Part shown: positions 17,559 to 26,498 of the stretch, piece after piece
How the letters are laid out: each line of letters starts with the position of its first letter
How positions within the stretch are numbered: the stretch's first letter is position 1
Origin: an uncultured Bacteroidales bacterium
Lineage (GTDB): Bacteria > Bacteroidota > Bacteroidia > Bacteroidales > Paludibacteraceae
NCBI GenBank assembly: GCA_902780235.1
Contig: CACZEL010000004.1
Coordinates: 9,402-73,401, forward strand
Direction: 5' to 3'
Length of the DNA stretch: 64,000 bases
Made by a program: the position numbers and the translations under genes
Notes under the pieces: model-generated
Database searches by the model: none
What the model was told of the DNA's origin: nothing
What the model saw: the letters and a program-made list of their open reading frames with translations, nothing else

Positions 17559-19370
17559 ATGCGAAGCACCTTTTATGATAGAATGATCGAGTGGCGGGAA
17601 CGTCATATCAGCGAGAAGCATTTGGTGCTCTTGTTGTCATTCTTCGTAGGTGCTTTCTCTGCCGCAGCGGCAGCGCTGCTGAAATCCTTCATCCACCTTA
17701 TCCAATGGTTCGTAGAGAACCATCTGATCGCCGGCGGCCATACATGGTGGTACCTCATCACGCCGGTCATCGGTATCACGCTGGCGGCCTTGTTCGTCAA
17801 ATACGTGGTGCGGGACGATATATCGCACGGTATCACGAAAATCCTCTACGCTATCTCTCAGCGCAAATCGATCATCAAAGCGCATAACATGTGGTCTTCT
17901 GTGGTCGGTTCGGGTCTGACGATCGGTTTTGGTGGATCAGTCGGAGCCGAGGCACCTATCGTGCTGACGGGTGCAGCCATCGGTTCGAACCTCGCCAAGG
18001 CTTTCCGCTTGGATCAGAAGACGATGATGCTGATGATCGGTTGCGGTGCAGCCGGCGCGATAGGCGGTATCTTCAAAGCCCCTATAGCCGGTTTGGTCTT
18101 CACGCTCGAAGTGCTGATGATGGACCTGACGATGACGTCTGTGGCTCCGCTGCTGATCTCATCCGTCACGGCCACCGCTATCTCGTATATCCTCACCGGC
18201 ACCGATCCGATGTTCCCCTTGGATGTTGAAGAGCCGTTCTTAGTCCAACGTATCCCGTGGTACCTGATATTAGGCGCAGTATGCGGTCTGGTGAGCCTTT
18301 ATTTCACCCGCGGCATGAACCGTCTGGAGCAGTGGATGAAGCATAACATCCGCTCGATAGGCATGAAGATCCTTGTGGGCGGCGTGACGCTGAGTCTGCT
18401 CATTTTCCTTTTCCCTCCTTTGTATGGTGAGGGATATGATGTGATACGCCAGTTGATCAACGGCGACAGCATCAGTGCGCTTAAGAATAGCCCGATGGAG
18501 ACCTATATGCTCTCATCGGACAACGCGATCCTGCATTCGAAATTCAACACGCAGCTGGTGATCGTGATCTATTTCGCGGCGATCCTGCTGCTGAAGATCG
18601 TAGCCAGCGTAGCCACCAACGGCGGAGGCGGCGTCGGAGGTATCTTCGCTCCTTCGCTTTTCATGGGTGCTATCGTCGGTTTCGTGACCGCGCGTATCAT
18701 GAACATGTCGGGTCTGCTGGTGCCGGAGACCAATTTCGCCTTGGTAGGCATGGCAGGTCTGATGTCCGGTGTGATGCATGCGCCGCTGACAGGTATCTTC
18801 CTCATCGCCGAACTGACGGGCGGTTATCACCTGTTCATGCCGCTGATGATCGTGAGCGTCATCTCGTACCTGACGATCATGCTGTTCGAACCCCACTCTT
18901 TGTACGCCATGCGTCTGGCGCAGAAAGGTGAGTTACTCACGCATAACAAAGACCGGAACGTGCTGACGCTGCTCAAGATGGACAGCGTCTTGGAGACTGA
19001 TTTCATCACGATCTTCCCCGAGATGACCTTGGGCGAATTGGTGAAGGTGATCAGCGAAAGCAAACGCAATATTTTCCCCGTCATAGACCAGAAAGGGCAT
19101 CTAAAAGGGATCTTGCTCTTGGACGAAGTACGCAATATCATGTTCCAACCGCGTCTGTACAAACGCTTCACGGTAGGACAACTGATGACCTCCCCTGCCG
19201 CGGTCTTGCGGTTCGACCTACCGATGGAAAAAGTGATGGAGATCTTCGAAGACACGGGTGCCTGGAACCTGCCGGTAGTCGATCAAGACCGACGCTATCT
19301 GGGCTTCGTCTCCAAATCCAAGATCTTCAATTCCTACCGCCACGTGCTGGTTCACTTCTCCGAAGAATAA
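17559..19370 (+). CDS. ClC family chloride channel/antiporter with C-terminal CBS pair
   Basis: GGSVGAEAPIV and GGIFAPSLFMGA ClC motifs, about 10 TM segments, and a CBS-like tail. Confidence 0.9.
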   Translation: MRSTFYDRMIEWRERHISEKHLVLLLSFFVGAFSAAAAALLKSFIHLIQWFVENHLIAGGHTWWYLITPVIGITLAALFVKYVVRDDISHGITKILYAISQRKSIIKAHNMWSSVVGSGLTIGFGGSVGAEAPIVLTGAAIGSNLAKAFRLDQKTMMLMIGCGAAGAIGGIFKAPIAGLVFTLEVLMMDLTMTSVAPLLISSVTATAISYILTGTDPMFPLDVEEPFLVQRIPWYLILGAVCGLVSLYFTRGMNRLEQWMKHNIRSIGMKILVGGVTLSLLIFLFPPLYGEGYDVIRQLINGDSISALKNSPMETYMLSSDNAILHSKFNTQLVIVIYFAAILLLKIVASVATNGGGGVGGIFAPSLFMGAIVGFVTARIMNMSGLLVPETNFALVGMAGLMSGVMHAPLTGIFLIAELTGGYHLFMPLMIVSVISYLTIMLFEPHSLYAMRLAQKGELLTHNKDRNVLTLLKMDSVLETDFITIFPEMTLGELVKVISESKRNIFPVIDQKGHLKGILLLDEVRNIMFQPRLYKRFTVGQLMTSPAAVLRFDLPMEKVMEIFEDTGAWNLPVVDQDRRYLGFVSKSKIFNSYRHVLVHFSEE

Positions 19371-19372
19371 AC

Positions 19373-19403
19373 AAAAAATCCACTCGATTGAGTGGATTTT
19401 TTT
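19373..19403 (+). terminator. Rho-independent terminator after the ClC gene
   Basis: AAAAAATCCACTC-GATT-GAGTGGATTTTTTT. Confidence 0.8.
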
Positions 19404-19404
19404 G

Positions 19405-19475
19405 TAGCGGGACCCAGGATTGAAATAATCGTGCCCTCGTGGCTAAGAACTTGGGACCTCATGATTCATAATCAT
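19405..19475 (-). pseudogene. tRNA-Met 3'-half remnant
   Basis: The 23 nt TTGTAGCGGGACCCAGGATTGAA are identical to the 3' end of the tRNA at 19510-19583. A 25-nt insertion follows, then an anticodon-arm copy whose loop triplet is inverted. There is no 5' acceptor or D arm. Confidence 0.6.
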
Positions 19476-19477
19476 AC

Positions 19478-19509
19478 GAAAGAAACCACCCTTGCGAGTG
19501 GTTTCTTTG
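19478..19509 (-). terminator. Hairpin immediately 3' of tRNA-Met
   Basis: AAGAAACCAC-loop-GTGGTTTCTT. Confidence 0.5.
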
Positions 19510-19583
19510 TAGCGGGACCCAGGATTGAACTGGGGACCTCATGATTATGAATCATGCGCTCTAACCAGCTGAGCTATCCCGCC
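19510..19583 (-). tRNA. tRNA-Met (anticodon CAU); a lysidine-modified tRNA-Ile2 cannot be excluded
   Basis: The reverse complement is GGCGGGATAGCTCAGCTGGTTAGAGCGCATGATTCATAATCATGAGGTCCCCAGTTCAATCCTGGGTCCCGCTA. It folds as a cloverleaf by hand with loop TTCATAA. The anticodon stem lacks the initiator 3xGC. No CCA is encoded. Confidence 0.85.
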
Positions 19584-19587
19584 GCGC

Positions 19588-19665
19588 TTGGCTATTAGCT
19601 GTTAGCTTTTAGCCGTTAGCAGTTTGCTTTCTGCCAATAGCCAATAGCCAATGGCTAACAGCTAT
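19588..19665. repeat. Polarity-switching heptamer block inside the tRNA-Met leader
   Basis: TTGGCTATTAGCTGTTAGCTTTTAGCCGTTAGC ... GCCAATAGCCAATAGCCAATGGCTAACAGCTAT. The outer 11 nt are perfectly complementary. Confidence 0.9.
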
Positions 19666-19681
19666 TTGTCAAAAGCGGGTG

Positions 19682-19713
19682 CAAAAGTACTGCTTTTTTC
19701 TGACATACGCAAA
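19682..19713 (-). promoter_or_regulatory. Promoter for tRNA-Met
   Basis: The minus strand reads TTTG-N20-TACTTTTG, about 90 nt upstream of the mature 5' end. Confidence 0.65.
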
Positions 19714-19757
19714 TTTTTTGCCATTTTTTTTGCATTTTTAGGCAAAAAAGTGCAAAA

Positions 19758-20705
19758 TCAGGCTACATTGAACTGACTTCCGCCGATAAACTCACGCAGA
19801 ATAGAGGTGCGCGGAATATAAGACGCTTCGAGTCCTTCGAAGAAACTGAGGTAGAAAAGGAGTCGTTTCGCCACCTCATATTCCTTGGAAGAAGCAGGAA
19901 CGGTCTGCAGCGCCACTTCCACCGCATAGCGGATCGCCGGCAGTTCGTACATCATCGAGGTATCGAAGCGGGCATCTGCCTCTTTCTTGAACGGTTCAAT
20001 CCATTTCTTCTCCCCTGCACGCACAGAAGGCCAGTTGGCAATGGTCTGCTGCGGACTCTTGCCACGCGTACGGAAATCGCGACTCATGCGGCGCAGCAGA
20101 CGATGGACGTGCGTCGGGATCCATTTATGTCCGTCCAGCGACACGGGACTCATCGGCGAAGCGAAGATCTTGTACTTACATGCCGGATCGATATGCTCGG
20201 TCAGGATCGGATTGAGCGCATGGATACCTTCGATGACCATGATGGTGTCGGGTTCCAGTCTGAGCGTATCGCCCAAGTACTCCCGTTTCTCTGCCGCAAA
20301 ATTGAAGGTAGGCAACGCGATCTCCTTGCCGTCAATCAGGGCCTTCAGATCCGCCTCCAGTTGTTTGATATCCAATGCATAGACGGACTCGTCATCGCGT
20401 TTACCGTTCTCATCGCGGGGAATGAGTTCGCTATTCAGATACCAGTTATCAAGCGACAGAGCCACCGGCTGTTTGCCTTGCGCCAGCAGTTCGAGGCATA
20501 GTTTATGACTGGTACTCGTTTTTCCGCTCGAAGAAGGTCCGGCAATCAGCACGACACGTACCTCCGGGCGCGAACAGATCTTACGCGCGATACGCGCGAG
20601 CTGGTCATGATGGTACTTCTCTCCCATCGCCACCAGTTCGGCAGCATGACGGGACTCAATCATCTCATTGATATACGCCACACGGCGTTTCTCTCTGTTT
20701 ATCAT
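19758..20705 (-). CDS. Uridine-kinase/PRK-family nucleoside kinase-like protein
   Basis: VVLIAGPSSSGKTSTSHKL P-loop, ..IMVIEGIHALNP.. . The start overlaps the priA stop (ATGA). Confidence 0.7.
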   Translation of the reverse strand: MINREKRRVAYINEMIESRHAAELVAMGEKYHHDQLARIARKICSRPEVRVVLIAGPSSSGKTSTSHKLCLELLAQGKQPVALSLDNWYLNSELIPRDENGKRDDESVYALDIKQLEADLKALIDGKEIALPTFNFAAEKREYLGDTLRLEPDTIMVIEGIHALNPILTEHIDPACKYKIFASPMSPVSLDGHKWIPTHVHRLLRRMSRDFRTRGKSPQQTIANWPSVRAGEKKWIEPFKKEADARFDTSMMYELPAIRYAVEVALQTVPASSKEYEVAKRLLFYLSFFEGLEASYIPRTSILREFIGGSQFNVA

Positions 20706-22681
20706 ATAGGGTCAATATCAATAATAATTTTCACGTTTTTATTCGATGGAACCGACCAAACTTGATCAATCGCTTCCTGCAATCGCCGTTTGGCTTCAGC
20801 CATATTGGCAGTCGATTCAATACGCAGGGTCAGTTCGCGGATATAATAGGCTTGCACGCGTTCCACGGATGGAATAATAACCGCAGAGATGCGCCTACCG
20901 AAGATCTGGGACAGGTAAGCCTGCAACTGCGTCGCCGTGGCATGTGCCAGCGGCTGTTTGGAATGACGCATCTGGATACGAATCATCCGATGAAATGGGG
21001 GATAATGGAACATTTGGCGTTCCGCTAATTGCTGGTTATAGAGCGCGATATAATCATGTTCCCGCACCATCTGCAGCACCTTATTGGAGGGATCAAAAGT
21101 CTGAATCCACACTTCCCCTTTGGTACCTTTGCGTCCTGCCCGACCTGCTACCTGCTCCAGCATCTGGAACGCCCGTTCGTACGCCCGGAAATCGGGTTGG
21201 TTAAAGAGCGGATCGGCATTGAGCACCGCTACCAAGCGTACATCATCAAAATGTAAACCCTTGGTCACCATCTGCGTACCGACTAAGATGTCGCATTCAT
21301 GGTTGGCAAAGGCATTGATGATATCCTGATACGCGGACTTATTCCGCGTGGTATCCAGATCCATACGCAGCACCCGTGCCTCGGGGAAGAGCGTCTGTAT
21401 CTCATCTTCGATGCGTTCGGTACCGATACCGATGGCTTTGAGTTCACCGCCACATTGCGGACAAACGGCTGGTACGGCAGTATGATAACCGCAGTAATGA
21501 CACCGCATCTCCCGCGGATGCAGATGGAGCGTCATCGGCACATCACATTGGACGCAACGAGGCGGTTCGCCGCATTGCATGCACTGGATCTGCGGCGCAT
21601 AGCCGCGTCGGTTCTGAAAGAGAATAACCTGTTTATGATCCGCCAGACATTGCCGTATACGCTCTACGAGCGGATCGGAGAAATGCCCATACATCTCCTT
21701 GCGCTCATACTGCCGCTTAAGGTCAATCAGTTGGATGTCAGGTAACTCGACCCCACCGAAACGTTCGGTAAGGGAAACCAATCCATACACCCCTTTCTGC
21801 GCCAGGTAATACGACTCGATGGAAGGCGTAGCCGTGCCCAAGAGCACTTTGGCCTTATGCAGTTGCGCCAACATGATCGCTGCCGCACGGGCATGATAAC
21901 GAGGATTCGGTTCTGCCTGCTTATAACTGGGTTCATGCTCTTCATCCACGATAACAAGACCGAGATCTTGTATTGGCAAAAAGATTGCACTACGGGCGCC
22001 AATTACTACGTAATTAGTTGAAAGTTGAAAGTTCTGCCGATCTGCTGACGCCGTATGGAAAGTTGAAAGTTTTTTATATCTCACCTCCCGTTCGGCATCG
22101 GTGAAACGGCTGTGATAGACGATGAGCCGATCGCCGAAGATGGTCTGTAGACGAGAGGTGAGTTGGGTAGTCAAAGCGATCTCCGGCACCAGATACAGCA
22201 CGTTCTTGCCCGCCTCCAACTGCGCCTGAATCAGATGAATATATATATCCGTTTTGCCTCCGGACGTCACCCCATGCAGCAGCACGATATCCTTACCCGA
22301 ACGCCAAAAAGTCTCGATTTCATCGGCACTTTTCGCTTGTGCCGGCGATAAGTCATGCATAGGTTCGATAGGACCCGTATAGGGTGCAAGCGCCTTACGT
22401 GCCCGTTTGGGCGGGTCAGTGAGTCGTTTATCCAAACCACCGGGCAAAGCCGCAGCCATCACTTCACCCAAAGAGCACATGTAATAACGGCTCATCCATT
22501 GCCATAAAGCCAACTGCTCCCGCGTAACGACCGGCGCCGTATCGACTACAGACAGGATCGGGCGTATCTTATCGGCAAAAGCCGGTTCGATGGGTTCTGT
22601 ATGTTCGCGCAAAACCACCCCTCGCAGTTCTTTCTTGAGTAGCGGCACGATGACGCGTGTACCCGGCGCAGGTATAGACAA
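20702..22681 (-). CDS. priA: Primosomal protein N' (replication restart helicase PriA)
   Basis: LHGVTSGGKT (Walker A), IVDEEH, a Cys4 cluster (CVQCDVP..CHYCGY..CPQCG), QMVTKGLHF and GRAGR. The conserved N-terminus continues upstream of TTG 22681 to about 22750 with no canonical start codon (see findings). Confidence 0.9.
   Translation of the reverse strand: MSIPAPGTRVIVPLLKKELRGVVLREHTEPIEPAFADKIRPILSVVDTAPVVTREQLALWQWMSRYYMCSLGEVMAAALPGGLDKRLTDPPKRARKALAPYTGPIEPMHDLSPAQAKSADEIETFWRSGKDIVLLHGVTSGGKTDIYIHLIQAQLEAGKNVLYLVPEIALTTQLTSRLQTIFGDRLIVYHSRFTDAEREVRYKKLSTFHTASADRQNFQLSTNYVVIGARSAIFLPIQDLGLVIVDEEHEPSYKQAEPNPRYHARAAAIMLAQLHKAKVLLGTATPSIESYYLAQKGVYGLVSLTERFGGVELPDIQLIDLKRQYERKEMYGHFSDPLVERIRQCLADHKQVILFQNRRGYAPQIQCMQCGEPPRCVQCDVPMTLHLHPREMRCHYCGYHTAVPAVCPQCGGELKAIGIGTERIEDEIQTLFPEARVLRMDLDTTRNKSAYQDIINAFANHECDILVGTQMVTKGLHFDDVRLVAVLNADPLFNQPDFRAYERAFQMLEQVAGRAGRKGTKGEVWIQTFDPSNKVLQMVREHDYIALYNQQLAERQMFHYPPFHRMIRIQMRHSKQPLAHATATQLQAYLSQIFGRRISAVIIPSVERVQAYYIRELTLRIESTANMAEAKRRLQEAIDQVWSVPSNKNVKIIIDIDPI
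22014..22075. repeat. Repeat-core-repeat insertion inside priA, in frame
   Basis: AGTTGAAAGTTGAAAGTT - CTGCCGATCTGCTGACGCCGTATG - GAAAGTTGAAAGTTTTTT. It encodes ..LSTFHTASADRQNFQLSTNY.. . Confidence 0.85.
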
Positions 22682-22742
22682 ACCCTCCGGAACGCTATAG
22701 GTATAACAATCCCGAAGCGCTAAAGGTAATATGATATCAACG

Positions 22743-22786
22743 TAGTTGATAATTGATGATTTCTGATTTATGATTTTTGATTTTCC
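22743..22786. repeat. Tandem block at the tdk/priA junction
   Basis: GTTGATAATTGATGATTTCTGATTTATGATTTTTGATTTTCC (TGATTGA family). It contains the tdk stop. Confidence 0.85.
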
Positions 22787-23367
22787 TCATTAGCCAGTGC
22801 TCTATTGTAGCACTCGCGGCAGAGGGGTTCGTAGCTGTCGGTCTCTCCTAAGAGGACGCGTTTCTCGGAAGCTACCAGACGATGGCTGACATACGCCAGA
22901 TCACCGCATTGCACGCAGATCGCATGGGTCTTGTACACATCATCGGCAATCGCCATAAGGGCCGGCATCGGACCGAAGGGTACACCGCGGAAGTCCATAT
23001 CCAGACCGGCACAGATGACGCGGATACCGCGATCAGCCAGTTGCTTGCATACATCAACGATACCCATATCGAAGAACTGCGCCTCATCGATACCCACTAC
23101 ATCGATATCATCGACCATGAGCAGAATATTCTGACTGCTATCAACAGGTGTCGATTGAATCACATTACGGTCGTGGGAGACGACATCCTCTTCGCTGTAC
23201 CGCACATCGATCGCGGGTTTATAGATCTCCACACGCAGTTTGGCAAACTTAGCGCGTTTCATACGGCGGATGAGTTCTTCGGTCTTACCGCTGAACATCG
23301 ATCCGCATACTACTTCAATCGAACCCTTACGTAAACTCGGGCCTTTGGTGTCTCGTTCGGAAAACAT
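22768..23367 (-). CDS. tdk: Thymidine kinase
   Basis: [23 protein letters not shown] and C-terminal Zn-binding Cys pairs. Track ORF trimmed to ATG 23367, because the upstream part reads through a repeat. Confidence 0.9.
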   Translation of the reverse strand: MFSERDTKGPSLRKGSIEVVCGSMFSGKTEELIRRMKRAKFAKLRVEIYKPAIDVRYSEEDVVSHDRNVIQSTPVDSSQNILLMVDDIDVVGIDEAQFFDMGIVDVCKQLADRGIRVICAGLDMDFRGVPFGPMPALMAIADDVYKTHAICVQCGDLAYVSHRLVASEKRVLLGETDSYEPLCRECYNRALANEENQKS

Positions 23368-23370
23368 AAA

Positions 23371-23408
23371 ATTATTTACTATTTGGTCATTTACAATTTG
23401 ATCATTTA
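23371..23408. repeat. Tandem block at the AAA/tdk junction
   Basis: ATTATTTACTATTTGGTCATTTACAATTTGATCATTTA. Confidence 0.8.
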
Positions 23409-26400
23409 AGCACCAAAACCGATATGGTTGGAAGGAATCTGTTTCCATTTGATGGAAGTCACATCCTCTTTGGTTATCTCATGCTTCGTCTCCTCTTTCT
23501 GAGCACTCATCCGCAAGTCGGTTGCCGATGTGATGGCCGTATAGAGATGGCGTATGGTGCGTGCATTCGCAAAACCGGTACTGCGATTAGAGCATAGTGT
23601 CCGGATACGTTCCAGCACCTCTTCCGCCGCTTCATCGGTGATCGTATAACCGTTTTTGGAGAGGCGCTGCCGTAAGATCGCCATCAGTTCATCGGCCGTA
23701 TAATCGGCAAAATGCAGCACGGAGGTAGAGAGCGGCATGTCGATCGGCGATTCCGGGAAACGGGTGTCATCCACGGCGATGACGAAGGCATACGAACCCG
23801 GCATCTCTGCTGTGAGCGAGGTCAGTTTGCAGCGCAACCACTGGACATTGATATGACTGTTCGCCACATCGTCCAAGTCAATGAAGAGCAATCCTTGTCC
23901 GGACTGCTTCATGGTGTCGCGCAGGATACGGTCGATATCATACGAGGTCCACGTGCCGTTAGCCGTCTGCGGCATACGCAGTTGCGTCATCCGGTCGGAA
24001 GAAAGCAGATGGAACGCATACAGTATCTGCGCCAAGATGCCGGCTACCGAACTCTTACCCGTTCCTGTCGCACCGGTGAAGGTCCACTGCAGCGGAATCG
24101 TCTCATTCAGGTCCTCCCCTTGCTGTTGCTTGGTGCGCGCCAGCGAGACCATATTATGCAAGGTCTGCTTCACCTGCTCCAGTCCCACCATCTCGTCCAA
24201 CTGCTTGAGCGCCTTGTTCAGTGCGGTTTCATCGACTGCATAATCCGTATTATCCACCGTCACCGGTATATCCGCCGCTTCGATACGCGAGAGCAGTTGG
24301 GGCGAAACGGTACCGCCTTCGAGACCCAAGACACGACAACTCATGTTCGGTATGATCTGCGAAGAGATGAGACGCGTGATGAAGCGGGCGTTACCGAAAT
24401 GCTGACGGCTCTTCTTGGACGTATGCTCCATCTCCCGATGAACGAGTTTGCGCAGTTTCTTCATCGCCTCATCAGAAAGCGTATATCCGCTGCTTTGGGC
24501 AGTAAGAACAGCTATCTCCATCAACTCCTCTTCGGTATAATCTTCGAAATGGAAAGTATAGGGGAAACGGGATTTCAGACCCTTGTTGGAATGCAACATT
24601 TTCTCCATTTCATCGGGATATCCGGCAAGGATGATGATCATGTCCGTGCTCTCTTTACTGAGCTCTTCCAGCAAGCAGTCCAGCACTTTCGGACCAAAAT
24701 CTTTCTTGTCATCCGGATCCGCCACCAGGGTATAGGCCTCGTCGATAAAGAGAATATTCCCATGCGCCTGCTGTAGATAGCGTTTGGTATTGTCTTCGGT
24801 GTCACCGATATATTGTCCGACCAGTTTTTTCCTATCCACCGCAATGACCTGTCCGGTCTTGAGGATGCCAAGCGAAGCGTATATCTCTCCCAACAGGTTA
24901 GCGACGGTCGTCTTGCCCGTTCCCGGATTGCCGGTGAAGATCATATGCAGCGGAGGCATGGTCGCTTTGAGTCCGTTCTGTCGGCGCAGCTGCGCAAAAC
25001 GAACGAGGTTAAGGTGCGACTCAATATTGTATTTGAGTTTCTTCAACCCCACCAGTTCGTTCAGTTTATCCATCGACATCTGGTATCGTCCCACCTGCGG
25101 ATGCGGTACATCTTCGGCCTTGAGTTCACTCAGCATCTCTTTGGTATGGAGCAGTTCGGAAGTATCGTTCACCACACGCATGGACATATTCATGACCATG
25201 GTCTCAATCAGTTTGGTCACAACCGATGTGGTGGCATTCGGTTGTGAAGAAAGGTACGATTTCATCGCAACTTTTGCGTCCTCAGAAAGGATAAAACCAC
25301 CTGCTTTGCACTCCCGTTCGGCGATGTCAATCATCTGATCCAAGTTGAGTGTCGGCAGCCGGTATATCTGCCCGATACAGGCTTCGAGGTTAGCGGTAGC
25401 CAAGAGTTGCGAGATACGTTCCGGCGTGTCCGCCAAGACCACACAGGTATCGTGTCGGTTCTCTTGTATCAGGCGCACCAATGACTCTACCATGGCGTTC
25501 TTGTTCCCACGCGTTTCGGTCGCAATCATCGAGGCGGCATTCTCAATATAGAGCATACCTCCGCCTGCAATACTGAACTCCGACTCCAAAGAGGACATTT
25601 CCGACCATTGTGCGGCATCCTCGACATGCAGTTTGCCATCGGAGATAAACCCGTTCTGCACATAATAATCGAACAAGACCTGGGCGAAAGCCGTTTTACC
25701 AGATCCTTTCTCTCCCATGACAGCCGCATGCAGATTGATCGGCACGGTCACCAAGTTCATCGCCTGACGTTGCTCGTTGAATAGTTTCTGCTGCGTGAGC
25801 GTAGCCATCTGGCTATACACCGAATCCATTCCTACCATCGTCGAATCTACCTTGAGCGACTTCGTCTTGGCCGGAACGACATTGATATACTGAATGACCG
25901 GTTCACCAATATACGAATCCTGCTTCTTCCGCAAGCGGAAAGCCACATAATAGCGTCCGCAATCGAGCGCACGGTTCTCCTTACGAATCACGTCTATCAG
26001 CACATACACCGACTCCGGATTGGAACGGGGAATAACGATATCTATCTCATGATCAACGGGATGCAGTTTAACAATATCACCTGTCGGATCCCGATAAAAG
26101 AAAAAGAACTCGAGGGTGCAAGGGGTGTCTTTTTTCTCTGCCTCAAAGAGCATCAGATACCGCACTCCTTTGCCTTTGGCTTGCGGATAAGAGGCCACTT
26201 CGGGGACATTATCATCTTCCTTGTAGCAGTATTTCAAACCCGTGGCATAGATGATCCCGTCCTCATCAAATCGGCCGGAGGGACCACCCCATTCCATCTT
26301 ATGCTCAAACTCAATCTTACTGATCTGCTCGATGATCTGCACGTCATCCCAGGGTTCATAGAAAGCCTCATCGAGCGTCCGATCTGCATCGCTGTCTTGC

Positions 26401-26483
26401 GGGGTATCGGAAAGGCACAGATCGATCTCTATCTCCTCATCCGTCTGTTTACGGAAAAACAATTTACTGTATATATCGTTCAT
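23406..26483 (-). CDS. Large AAA+ ATPase with three CbxX/SpoVK-like ATPase modules (1025 aa)
   Basis: Three P-loops: [32 protein letters not shown] (followed by LFIDEAYTL) and [16 protein letters not shown] (followed by LFIDLDD). The N-terminal domain of about 230 aa is unrecognised. Confidence 0.8.
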   Translation of the reverse strand: MNDIYSKLFFRKQTDEEIEIDLCLSDTPQDSDADRTLDEAFYEPWDDVQIIEQISKIEFEHKMEWGGPSGRFDEDGIIYATGLKYCYKEDDNVPEVASYPQAKGKGVRYLMLFEAEKKDTPCTLEFFFFYRDPTGDIVKLHPVDHEIDIVIPRSNPESVYVLIDVIRKENRALDCGRYYVAFRLRKKQDSYIGEPVIQYINVVPAKTKSLKVDSTMVGMDSVYSQMATLTQQKLFNEQRQAMNLVTVPINLHAAVMGEKGSGKTAFAQVLFDYYVQNGFISDGKLHVEDAAQWSEMSSLESEFSIAGGGMLYIENAASMIATETRGNKNAMVESLVRLIQENRHDTCVVLADTPERISQLLATANLEACIGQIYRLPTLNLDQMIDIAERECKAGGFILSEDAKVAMKSYLSSQPNATTSVVTKLIETMVMNMSMRVVNDTSELLHTKEMLSELKAEDVPHPQVGRYQMSMDKLNELVGLKKLKYNIESHLNLVRFAQLRRQNGLKATMPPLHMIFTGNPGTGKTTVANLLGEIYASLGILKTGQVIAVDRKKLVGQYIGDTEDNTKRYLQQAHGNILFIDEAYTLVADPDDKKDFGPKVLDCLLEELSKESTDMIIILAGYPDEMEKMLHSNKGLKSRFPYTFHFEDYTEEELMEIAVLTAQSSGYTLSDEAMKKLRKLVHREMEHTSKKSRQHFGNARFITRLISSQIIPNMSCRVLGLEGGTVSPQLLSRIEAADIPVTVDNTDYAVDETALNKALKQLDEMVGLEQVKQTLHNMVSLARTKQQQGEDLNETIPLQWTFTGATGTGKSSVAGILAQILYAFHLLSSDRMTQLRMPQTANGTWTSYDIDRILRDTMKQSGQGLLFIDLDDVANSHINVQWLRCKLTSLTAEMPGSYAFVIAVDDTRFPESPIDMPLSTSVLHFADYTADELMAILRQRLSKNGYTITDEAAEEVLERIRTLCSNRSTGFANARTIRHLYTAITSATDLRMSAQKEETKHEITKEDVTSIKWKQIPSNHIGFGA

Positions 26484-26498
26484 GGTAATATAGAAGGC

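Noticed and set aside
19405-19475. A second functional tRNA downstream of tRNA-Met
   Set aside because: It lacks the 5' acceptor strand and D arm, and the T arm is interrupted by 25 nt. It is called a remnant.
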